From the NCBI GenBank assembly GCA_040752695.1, contig JBFMGO010000114.1, positions 1-19,353 on the forward strand: a stretch of DNA of 19,353 nucleotides, given 5' to 3'. The stretch comes from a bacterium. GTDB taxonomy: Bacteria > SZUA-182 > DTGQ01. The notes beneath the pieces are model-generated. The model ran no database searches and was not told where the DNA came from. It saw only the letters and a list, made by a program, of their open reading frames with translations. Positions 1-8,811 of the stretch are shown piece after piece (within the stretch, counting starts at the first letter, position 1; each line of letters starts with the position of its first letter). A program made the position numbers and the translations under genes.

Positions 1-22
1 TCATCCACGCAGCACGTTATTC

Positions 23-94
23 GTCATTCTGAGCGAAGGCTTAGAATCCAAAAAGCCCTTGAAAAGCCTGGATTCCCGTCTACACGGGAATGAC
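23..94. repeat. CGTC-type REP-like palindromic element, copy 1 (degenerate arms)
   Basis: GTCATTCTGAGCGAAGGCTTAGAATCCA...TGGATTCCCGTCTACACGGGAATGAC. The central spacer is the near reverse complement of the spacer in the 925-995 copy. Confidence 0.8.
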
Positions 95-402
95 GGTTGG
101 TTAGACTTCTCCTCAAAAGTGTCCACTCTATGAACGAGGTCAACCGGCTGCGTATTTAATGCGCCGTGTACTTAGAGGCTATCCGAAAAGTCCTGTAACT
201 GCTTATAAATATTGAGGTCACCCATTAAAGGGGTTGTCAAGAAAAGACACACCTCTCCCTTGAAATTTTTATAAAATTTTTTTCTTGGCAACTACCATCC
301 AGCACATCGGCTTGGTCTCCTTTTTCGCACCTGTTCATTTCTTCTTTTTGGTTAGCGAATGCTTGTTACCAAATGCTTGATACCGATCCGCACCGGTCAA
401 GT

Positions 403-805
403 TATGTCCCATTGTTTTCAACTCTTCGGCAAGCTTGCGCAGGCTCTTGGAGGTCCATCGCAGTGGCGATTCGGGTTTTCCCCTGGTCACTGGTTCTATG
501 AGCTTCTCCAAAGTCAGTGCGAAGCGTTGGATCAATGGAGGTTATGCGTTTGTGCCCTTCTCCTGGTTTTCGTACTCGACGGGAGATACCCTGCGAAGGT
601 TTGACCTTTTGGGCATCCGAAATCTCTTTGCAGCCAGCGGTTATAGTTGGTCGAGATACTCCAGTAGCTCGTGATACGGCACTGATGCCTCCATACCTAA
701 AGCTCATTGCTTCTGCGGCTAACGCAGAGACGAAGACGTTTTTCATCCAACAGAGGAGCAAGCAGTTTAAAACGTGTCTTGATCAATTCTGCTTCCAGAA
801 CAACA
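403..805 (-). pseudogene. ISAzo13-family transposase, N-terminal remnant with two frameshifts and a 3' truncation
   Basis: Joining three frames gives ELIKTRFKLLAPLLDEKRLRL / AAEAMSFRYGGISAVSRATGVSRPTITAGCKEI...RVRKPGEGHKRITSIDPTLRTD / LEKLIEPVTRGKPESPLRWTSKSLRKLAEELKTMGH, typical of ISAzo13 transposase N-termini. Frameshifts lie near 725 and 512, and the DDE domain is absent. Confidence 0.85.
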
Positions 806-853
806 GTATAGCATGCCAGAACCAAATGTAAAGGTTATTTTGTTACAGGTCCT
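403..853 (-). mobile_element. Truncated ISAzo13-family insertion sequence with probable left end at 835-852
   Basis: Minus-strand TA|GGACCTGTAACAAAATAA just upstream of the transposase remnant resembles ISAzo13-type ends. No matching right end was seen. Confidence 0.6.
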
Positions 854-924
854 ACTACAGCGAGACATCACCCAAACTCTCGTGGAGAGGCGGCAGTTCA
901 GATAATACAAAAAGGGCAACATTT

Positions 925-995
925 GTCATTCCCGCGAAGGCTTAGAATCCAGGCTTTATAAGGGCTTCTGGATTCTAAGCCTTCGCGGGAATGAC
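925..995. repeat. CGTC-type REP-like palindromic element, copy 2 (perfect 28-bp inverted repeat)
   Basis: GTCATTCCCGCGAAGGCTTAGAATCCAG (925-952) and its exact reverse complement (968-995), with a 15-nt loop. Confidence 0.9.
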
Positions 996-1159
996 GTATT
1001 GAAGGTCTCGCAGTACTAAGGAAAGTCAATCTGACGGTAGGTGATTCTTGAGAATTAACTTCTCATATTATATATTATATGGCTATTATACGGCTAATAG
1101 CCTTCCTCCTCATACAGAGTAATAGCCTTCCTCCTGGTCTTTTTCATGCGTTCGTTGGT

Positions 1160-1193
1160 TCATGGCGGCGGGATATGAGTCTCGCCGCCATGA
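1160..1193 (-). terminator. GC-rich hairpin just downstream of the S8 protease gene (possible terminator or 3' stabiliser)
   Basis: TCATGGCGGCGGGA / TCTCGCCGCCATGA form a 14-bp stem with one mismatch, 26 nt after the stop codon. There is no U-tract. Confidence 0.5.
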
Positions 1194-1219
1194 GGGGAGA
1201 ATCGTCAAGGAATAATCGT

Positions 1220-3919
1220 CTACGGAATCGGCTTTGCCACCCTGGTTTTCCCGTCTATTACAGCAATAATATATTTTCCGGAAAGGCTGGTTTGGGATAG
1301 ATAAAAGAAGGGAAGGGACCTGCTCATACCAGCCCTTAGCCCTCTCCATATGGTGGTCTCTCTGAGAAGTGTTCCCAAATCCGTTCCATTATCAGAAAGA
1401 TAGAAGGCCACATCGAAACTGCCCACGTTTTCGCTTCCAACGTTACTTACCCTGAACAGTCCGCGCAATAACCATCTCCTGCCGAAGCGAGACTGACAAA
1501 GATATATCCATTCTCCTGCAAGAGAGGATACAATAACATAGCCGGTTTTGGTTTCTGCATCGGTACCTCCGGGGCCGGTAGCCGTAAGGCTCACGGTATA
1601 GGTTCCCTCTGAGGTATAGGTATGAGCGGGGTTCATCTGGTTGCTGGTTGCCCCATCCCCGAAGTCCCAGAGCCAGGTATTCACCGGGCCTCCGCTGTTT
1701 GTGGCGGTAAAGGCTACGGCAAGAGGTGCCGCTCCACTTCTGGGTGCTCCTGAAAAATCAATCACAGGAGGAGCATACACAGTGATGTAGCCGGTTTTGG
1801 TTTCGGTATCAGTTCCTCCGGGGCCGTTAGCGGTCAGGCTCACCGTGTAAGTGCCGGGTGTAGTGTAGATATGAGTGGGATTTTGCAGTGCGCTGGTTCC
1901 TCCATCCCCGAAATTCCATGCCCAGGTAATTACAGGTCCTCCGGTGTTGGTGGCAGTAAAGGTTACCGTAAGGGGTGCTGCTCCACTTGTGGGGGTCCCG
2001 GAAAAGTCAATAATCGGCGGGCTGACTATGGAGTTAGCCAGGTTCAGTCTTCCGCTGGTAGCAACCAAACCGGTCAGGCCCGGCAATACATCCACACCTG
2101 AGAGTATCCGGTTAATCCGCTGGGAGATACTATCACCAGGATATTGAGCGGCAAGAAGGGCCACGGCACCGGTAACGTGGGGTGTAGCCTGGGATGTGCC
2201 ATTAAAGTAAGCATAACTGTTGGAAGGTCCACTACTTATTCCAATACCCACATCATCGATATAGACACCGTCAAAGGTAACGCTAAGATCAGTAATCAGG
2301 CGAAACCTTACCCTGAACTGAGAGGTCCATAAGTATTGCGAGATAGTAATATTGTAAAGCGTCCAATCACTATGTCCGGTAAGACGGCTCTCGGTTGTCC
2401 AGGTAGCTCCGCCATCCCCTGAAAACTCTATATAGAGGAAGTCAAAATCTTCTTCTAAATCAAGTTTTGCCCAATAACCAAGTTGTACATTTCCCGATGC
2501 GGCAGTCAAATTTATATTGTTGGTATAGATCGAGGCATCCGTATTATCGACGTAATTCCCACCCGGACTGTCAGACCAGGCGTGGGTGGGGCTATGGCTC
2601 TGCTCCGTCGTAATCGCCCAGGTTCCTTCCGGTGGTGTCATATTCCAGTTCCCGTTCCCCATTTCCATATTGTCAAAAAACAGGTCACCAACGGCAGGAG
2701 GGAAATATGTGGGTGCAGACACGGTGCTGTAAATATTGGTTCCAGGGGCAGCCAGGTCAACGCTTACCAGACCATAATTTGAAAATGAGGCCTTTATGTC
2801 ATTCTGGTCAGTGGCAGCTACTGCGATAATGGTTGGTGAGTCGTAAGAGGCAGGATATTGGGGAAAAAGATCATTGTCAGTTCCATCATTACCGGCGGCG
2901 GCACAAAAGACAATACCAAGATTTCCGGCTGCTTCTATGCTGTCCTTGAGCATCTGGTTAAACCCACTCCCGCCCCAGGAGGCGTTGATGGCCACCACGT
3001 TAACCCCGTTATTTTTCATAAGGATAACATAATCCATACACTTAATGGCGTCGCTGGTAGCGCCAGAGCCGATATTATCTAAAAATTTAAGGGCCATAAT
3101 CTGGCTGCTCCAGCTTACCCCTGTGATCCCTATGTTGTTGTTCCCTACAGCAGCCGTGGTACCGGCGGTATGAGTGCCGTGTCCTTCATCATCCATAGGG
3201 TCGCCGCTGTCAATTATCGCATTGATCCCGTAAACGTCATCTACATAGCCATTGCTGTCATCGTCAATTCCGTTGCCAGGGATTTCGTTAACATTGTGCC
3301 ACATGTTAGGGGCCAGATCGGCATGCAGGTAATCTACCCCTGTGTCGATGTTGGCTACGACTACCGTGGATGATCCGGTATTGATATCCCAGGCCAGCGG
3401 AGCAGAGATATCGGCACCGGGTGTGCCGGCGGTGCCGTTTACGATTTGTCCTGTATTCTGGAGACCCCAGAGTTGATTAAAAAAAGGATCGTTCGGGATA
3501 GTATCAGCTATGGATACCATGTAGTTAGGGGAGACTGCTTCTATGCAGGGGTCATTTCCTAATTCATTTACGAGTTCTGTGGTAGAGCGGTTTCCGGATC
3601 TAATTAAGGCATATATTTGATTCATGACCTGAGACACATTTTTGAATTCTTTTACTACTTGAGCTTCACAATGCGCCGCAGCGTTATTAAGATCGGCTGA
3701 AGTCATCCCTTTTTTGCATTTGACTAAAACCTCATTTTCCCGGTAAAGAATTTCAGATGAACTTCCAGCAATTCTGTTCCCACTCGCTGTTTTTCCTGTA
3801 TCGGCACTTCCTGTATAGACGGCCCAGGCAATGCTGTGCAAGACAGTAAAAGATAGTACAATGGCAACGAATGACCAGCATGCTATAATCAATATGTTTT
3901 TTGAGGATCTGTCTGCCAT
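1220..3919 (-). CDS. Secreted S8 (subtilisin-family) serine protease with propeptide, inserted beta-sandwich domain, two PKD domains and a CARDB-like C-terminus
   Basis: Signal peptide and GGAG RBS. Catalytic motifs NIDTGVD, GHGTHTAG, AAGNDG and NGTSQATPHVTG; NEIPGNGIDDDSNGYVDDVYG loop. Two PKD repeats (W.W.FGDG...NP.H.YT..GTYTVSLTA.GPGG). C-terminal VSNVG...FDVAFYLSDN. Confidence 0.95.
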   Translation of the reverse strand: MADRSSKNILIIACWSFVAIVLSFTVLHSIAWAVYTGSADTGKTASGNRIAGSSSEILYRENEVLVKCKKGMTSADLNNAAAHCEAQVVKEFKNVSQVMNQIYALIRSGNRSTTELVNELGNDPCIEAVSPNYMVSIADTIPNDPFFNQLWGLQNTGQIVNGTAGTPGADISAPLAWDINTGSSTVVVANIDTGVDYLHADLAPNMWHNVNEIPGNGIDDDSNGYVDDVYGINAIIDSGDPMDDEGHGTHTAGTTAAVGNNNIGITGVSWSSQIMALKFLDNIGSGATSDAIKCMDYVILMKNNGVNVVAINASWGGSGFNQMLKDSIEAAGNLGIVFCAAAGNDGTDNDLFPQYPASYDSPTIIAVAATDQNDIKASFSNYGLVSVDLAAPGTNIYSTVSAPTYFPPAVGDLFFDNMEMGNGNWNMTPPEGTWAITTEQSHSPTHAWSDSPGGNYVDNTDASIYTNNINLTAASGNVQLGYWAKLDLEEDFDFLYIEFSGDGGATWTTESRLTGHSDWTLYNITISQYLWTSQFRVRFRLITDLSVTFDGVYIDDVGIGISSGPSNSYAYFNGTSQATPHVTGAVALLAAQYPGDSISQRINRILSGVDVLPGLTGLVATSGRLNLANSIVSPPIIDFSGTPTSGAAPLTVTFTATNTGGPVITWAWNFGDGGTSALQNPTHIYTTPGTYTVSLTANGPGGTDTETKTGYITVYAPPVIDFSGAPRSGAAPLAVAFTATNSGGPVNTWLWDFGDGATSNQMNPAHTYTSEGTYTVSLTATGPGGTDAETKTGYVIVSSLAGEWIYLCQSRFGRRWLLRGLFRVSNVGSENVGSFDVAFYLSDNGTDLGTLLRETTIWRGLRAGMSRSLPFFYLSQTSLSGKYIIAVIDGKTRVAKPIP

Positions 3920-4074
3920 AGAATCTCCAGTCTGTTTATATTTTTTGTTTACTCCTTCTCTACCTCAAGTTATTGCTGAACAGCCAGTGGTTTTTAAGGA
4001 ATTAGGAAAAATGCCTGTCCAGTCTATCACCTCCTTCATTAAGTATAGTATGAATGGTAGGCTTAAAATTTAGT

Positions 4075-4165
4075 AAATAGTAAAATATAATGAAATAATA
4101 CGATTCTTATAATATTAATCGGTAAATAATAAAATAAATACTATATATATATATTATATTAATGA
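4075..4165 (-). promoter_or_regulatory. Very AT-rich segment upstream of the S8 gene, probable promoter region
   Basis: Nearly pure A/T tract with several TATAAT-like hexamers. No specific -35/-10 pair was assigned. Confidence 0.3.
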
Positions 4166-4260
4166 ATAGCTGCCGTAGTTACGCGGCCCCCATATATGGG
4201 CTCAGGACTGTTGATACTTTGCGTAGCGGCAGTGCATTTGGGGCAGTGCATTTGGGACAG

Positions 4261-4292
4261 TGCATGGCATATGATAGCGCATATGCCATGCA
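4261..4292 (-). terminator. Perfect 13-bp hairpin downstream of the TIM-barrel gene
   Basis: TGCATGGCATATG-atagcg-CATATGCCATGCA, 18 nt after the stop codon, with no U-tract. It adjoins a 14-bp tandem repeat GGCAGTGCATTTGG. Confidence 0.5.
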
Positions 4293-4310
4293 TGCCATTG
4301 GAAGAAACCG

Positions 4311-5024
4311 TTATAAAAGGGATTCTGCACGTAAAGCCAGCCTGCTTTCCAGAATATCGTTGGCAGTGTCCACTTCGAGAATCACCTTGATGTCCGGTTT
4401 GAGCTCGGACAGTTTCCGGAGTGTTTTCAACTCCCGGCAGCCTGGAATCACTGGCCAGTGATCTATCAGGCCATTCGGTTTGAGACCGTTGGACCGATGC
4501 AGATGGACAGAATCAAGCTTCTGGACAAGCTCCGGGCTCAAGGTACCGGTCAGTTCCAGAGAGTCTATTCCCTCGGACTCAAAATGGCCGATATCAAAGG
4601 TGATTCGCCGGGCAAAGGTTTCCCAGAACCAGGGAGCATTCTTTGAGTCCCTGGCATTTTCAATGGAAACAGGGCAGATTTGCTCTAATTCCGCCAATCC
4701 GGCCCGGTAATTTTCCTGCCGTTCTTCATCCAGCTTTTGCCTGCTGGGCATAACTTCATCATGGATGATCAAGCCAAGGTCTGCCATCTCGGCAAACCGC
4801 TTTACCTGTTTCAAATTATGGTCACGGACCACCTTCTGGGTGTCGGATAAATAAACATCCATAGGGTGAATCACGTAACGTTTGCCTGCTGATTTAATGT
4901 GATCCGAAAGGATCTTAACCCTCTGGATATCCGATTCGGAAGTGCGAAGAACCGAAATTTGAATCAGCGGCAAATCAACCTGCCCTATTAATTCAAAATC
5001 AAAGATTCGATATCCAAATTCCAT
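4311..5024 (-). CDS. Sugar phosphate isomerase/epimerase / AP endonuclease 2-type TIM-barrel protein (237 aa)
   Basis: Metal-binding motifs in the expected order: VIHP, IIHD, SIEN, TFDIGH, VHLH, DHWP, ILEV. Start moved to MEFGY at 5024 (AGGAG RBS at 5031-5035), because the longer ORF runs through a repeat tract. Confidence 0.8.
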   Translation of the reverse strand: MEFGYRIFDFELIGQVDLPLIQISVLRTSESDIQRVKILSDHIKSAGKRYVIHPMDVYLSDTQKVVRDHNLKQVKRFAEMADLGLIIHDEVMPSRQKLDEERQENYRAGLAELEQICPVSIENARDSKNAPWFWETFARRITFDIGHFESEGIDSLELTGTLSPELVQKLDSVHLHRSNGLKPNGLIDHWPVIPGCRELKTLRKLSELKPDIKVILEVDTANDILESRLALRAESLL

Positions 5025-5046
5025 TTTTTTCTCCTTTGGTTGCTGC

Positions 5047-5289
5047 ATGCAGGCTGTTGGTCGCCGGATACTGGTTTTTTGAGTAGCAGGCTGCCGGTCA
5101 CTGGTCGCTGAGCTTCGGTCGCTGGTCGCTGGCACTGGATGCAGGCTGCCCGGTCGCTGGATACTGGTTTTTTGAGTAGCAGGCTGCCGGTCACTGGTCG
5201 CTGAGCTTCGGTCGCTGGCTGCCGTTCGCTGGTCGCTGGATGCTGCGCTGGTTACTGGTTACTGGTTGCTGGTTACTGGTTACTTGTTT
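5047..5289. repeat. Intergenic heptamer-derived repeat tract containing a perfect 60-bp direct repeat
   Basis: 5066-5125 is identical to 5159-5218 (period 93). CTGGTTR occurs 5 times at 5248-5282, with many CTGGTCG, CCGGTCA and CTGGATR variants. Confidence 0.9.
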
Positions 5290-5304
5290 TTTAGATGCTG
5301 GTCA

Positions 5305-8300
5305 CTATTCTCTTAATTCTATCATGCAACCCAAGCCTTTCTTCATTTTCGTATCATGCCCTGATATTTGTCCAAAGAAACCGTAGCTGCTCTCCCATCT
5401 CCCCTCGCTGGACTGGTAGAAGCGCGTGCTGGAAACGGGCTTGCCGCTTTTTACCAGTTCAGAAAAGAAATTAAGGCTGCGTACACTCATGGATAGAAGT
5501 GAAATGCCTACGATATTTCTTCCCTCATGCAGAGAAATCGGCTGATTTTGGACTGGTCCGCTCCAGCTAAGGTGGCCCGCCTCCTGGCGATAGACGATGT
5601 AGCCGTCGTCCTGCACAAGCGGGAATATGCTTCCCTGGATTATTCCGCAGTTCCGGTAGGCAGTATCATACGCCTGTGCCTCTGGCAGGTATCTGCCAAG
5701 ACTCCTGGTTGACGTGCCCATCCCGGCCAGCCAAAGGTCACTGGTGTAGTCGGCAGAAGGAGCCTGGACCGCATAGCTGACAAGATTCATGCCTGCATCG
5801 AGCGGTATTTCCAGCCGGATCACCAGGTTGAGGGGTTCGGAGGGAAGGCTCTCGTTGTTATCATGGTCTATGGCGGTTATAACCAGGGTATGAATCCCCG
5901 GTTCAGGGTCCGGCCATACATAGAAGGGGTAGTTTGGATCGCTTAAGCTCTCAACGGGAATCCAGGCAATGGGAATCCATCCAGCGGGAATGGCAGCAGA
6001 AGTCCAGGCAGGCGGCATCCAGACAGGCCCATTTTCACAGCAGGAGGCTGCATAGATCCGGTACCCGGCAAGGTCCGGCTCCGGTACGCTTTCCCAACAG
6101 ATTTTGGCATTACCGGCGATGAAGCAGGTATCCTGGCTGGAGATCTTGACCGTCTGCGGAGTATGCGTAACGATCATAAAGGAAAAACGTTCGTCTTTGT
6201 CCATGACCTCTTGAAGAAAATTTTCCCCTCCCGAAATGCTCACCCTGGCCAGGCCATCCCACTGGTCGCTCCGGCCTGCGGGAATCAAAACCGTTCCAGT
6301 CCAGGTGTCGGATGGGTAGAGGGTCTCGGACCAGGGACTTGCAGCAGGCTGCACAGGAATAGCTTCCCTTTGTGCTGCTGCATCTTGTAGATGCAGGCAG
6401 ACAGAGAGCTGGTTCCTGTCGATTTTTCCCCTCCATACCGTCTCGTCGGAAGGCTGATCGGATCCGGACATGGACTGGTCAAACTGAACGACGACCTGGA
6501 GCCATCCTGCCTTGACCGGAGCTGCTGATCCGTCATTGACGCAAGCGTTGCCATCTTCACTTTCACTGTTCTCGTTACCGGTGCCGATCCCAGAGTCCGC
6601 TCCCTCCTTACAGGTCCAGGAATGTTGATCCTGAATAAGCCTGACCTGCAAGACTTTGGGATTTCTGCTCAGGTAAGCCCGGCACTCATAAGTGCTGGCG
6701 TAATTGCTGTCCTGGTACCTGGCCAGGTTGGTGACAATCAGGCAACTGGCAAGGTCCACCGCACCTTCGGACAAGGCCGGATCATCTTCGGACAAGGCAA
6801 GATTACCACTAATCACCGCTGTACCACCTTCGGACAAGGCCAGATCACCACTGCTCGCTGCCGGATTACTGCCGGATAAGGACTGATCTCCCCCTGATCC
6901 GAAACAGGGAATGCCCTTAACCTCACGCAAAAAGGGCCGCAATGGATCGGTATGATCCAGGAGAGCCAGGTGGCAGACATTATCCCCGGTATTTATCCCT
7001 TTGATTTCCCAGTGGATATGATCTTCGCGTGAACCATTTTGCGGCAGGAGGACGTAATCGGCAGCCAGGTCCCTCACGGATCTTTTCATCCAGGCTGGTT
7101 TCTGCTGCGGGCTTTTTACCCATCCATTGGGGGGGAATACCATAACGGCAGGTATGACCGATTGGGTTTCAAGCAACTGCGCCCCACTGGGAAAGTGGGC
7201 TGTATAGTGATATCGGACATCGTTGGCATCTGCATAAGGATTAACATAGTTGGCTATGGTCCAGTCGATGAATGCCTGCCTAAAATCCATGCCAATGTGG
7301 TCCTGGACCGAAATCAGCCCTACATTGGGATCTTGAACCAGGGATATGAGAGGAGTAACCGGGAAGGTGTTGTATTCCATATAATGGGCAAAAAGACTTA
7401 CCTGCTCATAGTGGGCTACTACCCGGCTGAAAGCTTCGTAGTTCTCACTGCTGGTGTACCAGTGGATCGGACATCCTCCGAAGCGGTCATGGACATCATA
7501 ATAACCGAACCGCGTCAGGCTGATCTCATTGGGTATGCTGCAGTAGCAGAGCATTCCGCGGAAATATAAGTTATTGACTTCATCTGCGAATTCCGAGCAT
7601 GCCTCATCCAGCCAGATCTCTTCCCAGGCAGAATCCTTTTCCGCATTGGCCTCAAAGTGCTGCATATGCTGGAGCTCGTGAGCAATGGTTCCCTTGGCCG
7701 ATTCCAGGGAAGATATGGAAGAGGAGATATAAAGCATGTCTGAACAGTTGCCCACATGGTTTTTATACCAATAGCCGGGGATCTTGTCTTCAGCATTGAA
7801 GTAGCCATCGATCGAGTCACCGATCCTGCTCAGAAGGATCGTAATGTGACCATTCCCGTCAACGTCAGCCCATTCGCTGCCGGTTCTGCCAAAATAGGCG
7901 AAATTGGTAGGGCAGATTTCATTTTCGAAGCAATTGGCCAGTGCTTCCAGATCAGGGGGAGGACCGCTGCTGAGGTCCACATAGTACCAGGCAAATTGCC
8001 GCTTGAGAACGAGGCGGGCCCGTGCCAGCCGGAAATGAGTCTTGTTGCTCTCAGAGCAGAATGGGCACTTCAGGCTCTCCTGTAAAAATGAGTCCTTGCG
8101 CTGATCGTCCACGACGTAAAAGTTGACCGAGTTGGGGTCGTTGCGGCCATTGATCCAGGGAAGATCCACGATCACGGATTCGGCATCCAGATTGCCAGAT
8201 TCTACACCATCTTTCACTGCCCGGACCAAAAACCAGAATTTTTTTCCTTCATCCTCATCCTCAGGCATGTAGCGGAAAAAGCAATACTGGCCGGGGACAT

Positions 8301-8811
8301 CAGCCTGCCAGGGGGCTGAGGTCAGTACCTTGTCTTCGGTGGTAAAAGGATTCTGCTCTCCAGCCCCCCGGTAAATGCGATAAGAATCCGGCTGATGAGA
8401 GCATTCCCAAGGCACGGAGGATTCCCCGGAGTCAGAGATGGCCCCGGAGACAGCGATGGCCCTGGAGGCTGAGACGATCCCAGGGGCAGAGAGTGCCCCG
8501 GAACTAGAGATGGCACCGGAATCAGAGAGCGCACCGGAGGCAGAGAGTGCGTCAGAATCAGAGTTTCCCGCAGGCTCGGCGCATTGCCTCCACTGGATAT
8601 GAATCATGCCCGAAGCTGTGGAGACAGCCTTCTTTTCCCATACTTTCCCCTGCTCATCGATCGGATTGACCGGGGCAGCCACCGAAGCCAGGGCTTCGGT
8701 AGTTGGGGAGAGGACAGTCGAGCAGAGAAAGATGCCTCCAAGCAGGCAAAGGAGAACCGGTATAAGGATTTTTCTTTTCATTCTACCTGGCCAGAGTGTC
8801 CTGGTGTTCAT
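5305..8811 (-). CDS. Large secreted zinc metallopeptidase-like protein (HEXXH...E, M30-like) with FN3-like domains and a duplicated C-terminal module
   Basis: Signal peptide KRKILIPVLLCLLGG. Motifs DVDGNGHITIL, DGYF, TIAHELQHMQH and WLDEACSE. FN3-like WESVPEPDLAGYRIY...ITAIDHDNNESLPS. Two C-terminal L..G.N.V[SG]...GY/GC repeats. The start at 8811 overlaps the upstream stop as ATGA (alternatives 8847 and 8781). Confidence 0.8.
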   Translation of the reverse strand: MNTRTLWPGRMKRKILIPVLLCLLGGIFLCSTVLSPTTEALASVAAPVNPIDEQGKVWEKKAVSTASGMIHIQWRQCAEPAGNSDSDALSASGALSDSGAISSSGALSAPGIVSASRAIAVSGAISDSGESSVPWECSHQPDSYRIYRGAGEQNPFTTEDKVLTSAPWQADVPGQYCFFRYMPEDEDEGKKFWFLVRAVKDGVESGNLDAESVIVDLPWINGRNDPNSVNFYVVDDQRKDSFLQESLKCPFCSESNKTHFRLARARLVLKRQFAWYYVDLSSGPPPDLEALANCFENEICPTNFAYFGRTGSEWADVDGNGHITILLSRIGDSIDGYFNAEDKIPGYWYKNHVGNCSDMLYISSSISSLESAKGTIAHELQHMQHFEANAEKDSAWEEIWLDEACSEFADEVNNLYFRGMLCYCSIPNEISLTRFGYYDVHDRFGGCPIHWYTSSENYEAFSRVVAHYEQVSLFAHYMEYNTFPVTPLISLVQDPNVGLISVQDHIGMDFRQAFIDWTIANYVNPYADANDVRYHYTAHFPSGAQLLETQSVIPAVMVFPPNGWVKSPQQKPAWMKRSVRDLAADYVLLPQNGSREDHIHWEIKGINTGDNVCHLALLDHTDPLRPFLREVKGIPCFGSGGDQSLSGSNPAASSGDLALSEGGTAVISGNLALSEDDPALSEGAVDLASCLIVTNLARYQDSNYASTYECRAYLSRNPKVLQVRLIQDQHSWTCKEGADSGIGTGNENSESEDGNACVNDGSAAPVKAGWLQVVVQFDQSMSGSDQPSDETVWRGKIDRNQLSVCLHLQDAAAQREAIPVQPAASPWSETLYPSDTWTGTVLIPAGRSDQWDGLARVSISGGENFLQEVMDKDERFSFMIVTHTPQTVKISSQDTCFIAGNAKICWESVPEPDLAGYRIYAASCCENGPVWMPPAWTSAAIPAGWIPIAWIPVESLSDPNYPFYVWPDPEPGIHTLVITAIDHDNNESLPSEPLNLVIRLEIPLDAGMNLVSYAVQAPSADYTSDLWLAGMGTSTRSLGRYLPEAQAYDTAYRNCGIIQGSIFPLVQDDGYIVYRQEAGHLSWSGPVQNQPISLHEGRNIVGISLLSMSVRSLNFFSELVKSGKPVSSTRFYQSSEGRWESSYGFFGQISGHDTKMKKGLGCMIELRE
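8425..8570. repeat. In-frame 18-bp degenerate tandem repeat (SGALSD-like hexapeptide, about 8 units)
   Basis: Encodes DSDALSASGALSDSGAISSSGALSAPGIVSASRAIAVSGAISDSG. Confidence 0.8.

Noticed and set aside
5025..5135. N-terminal extension of the TIM-barrel ORF
   Set aside because: It translates the heptamer repeat. A better RBS and ATG are at 5024.
5047..5289. CRISPR array
   Set aside because: There are only two long copies in a heptamer background, with no unique spacers.
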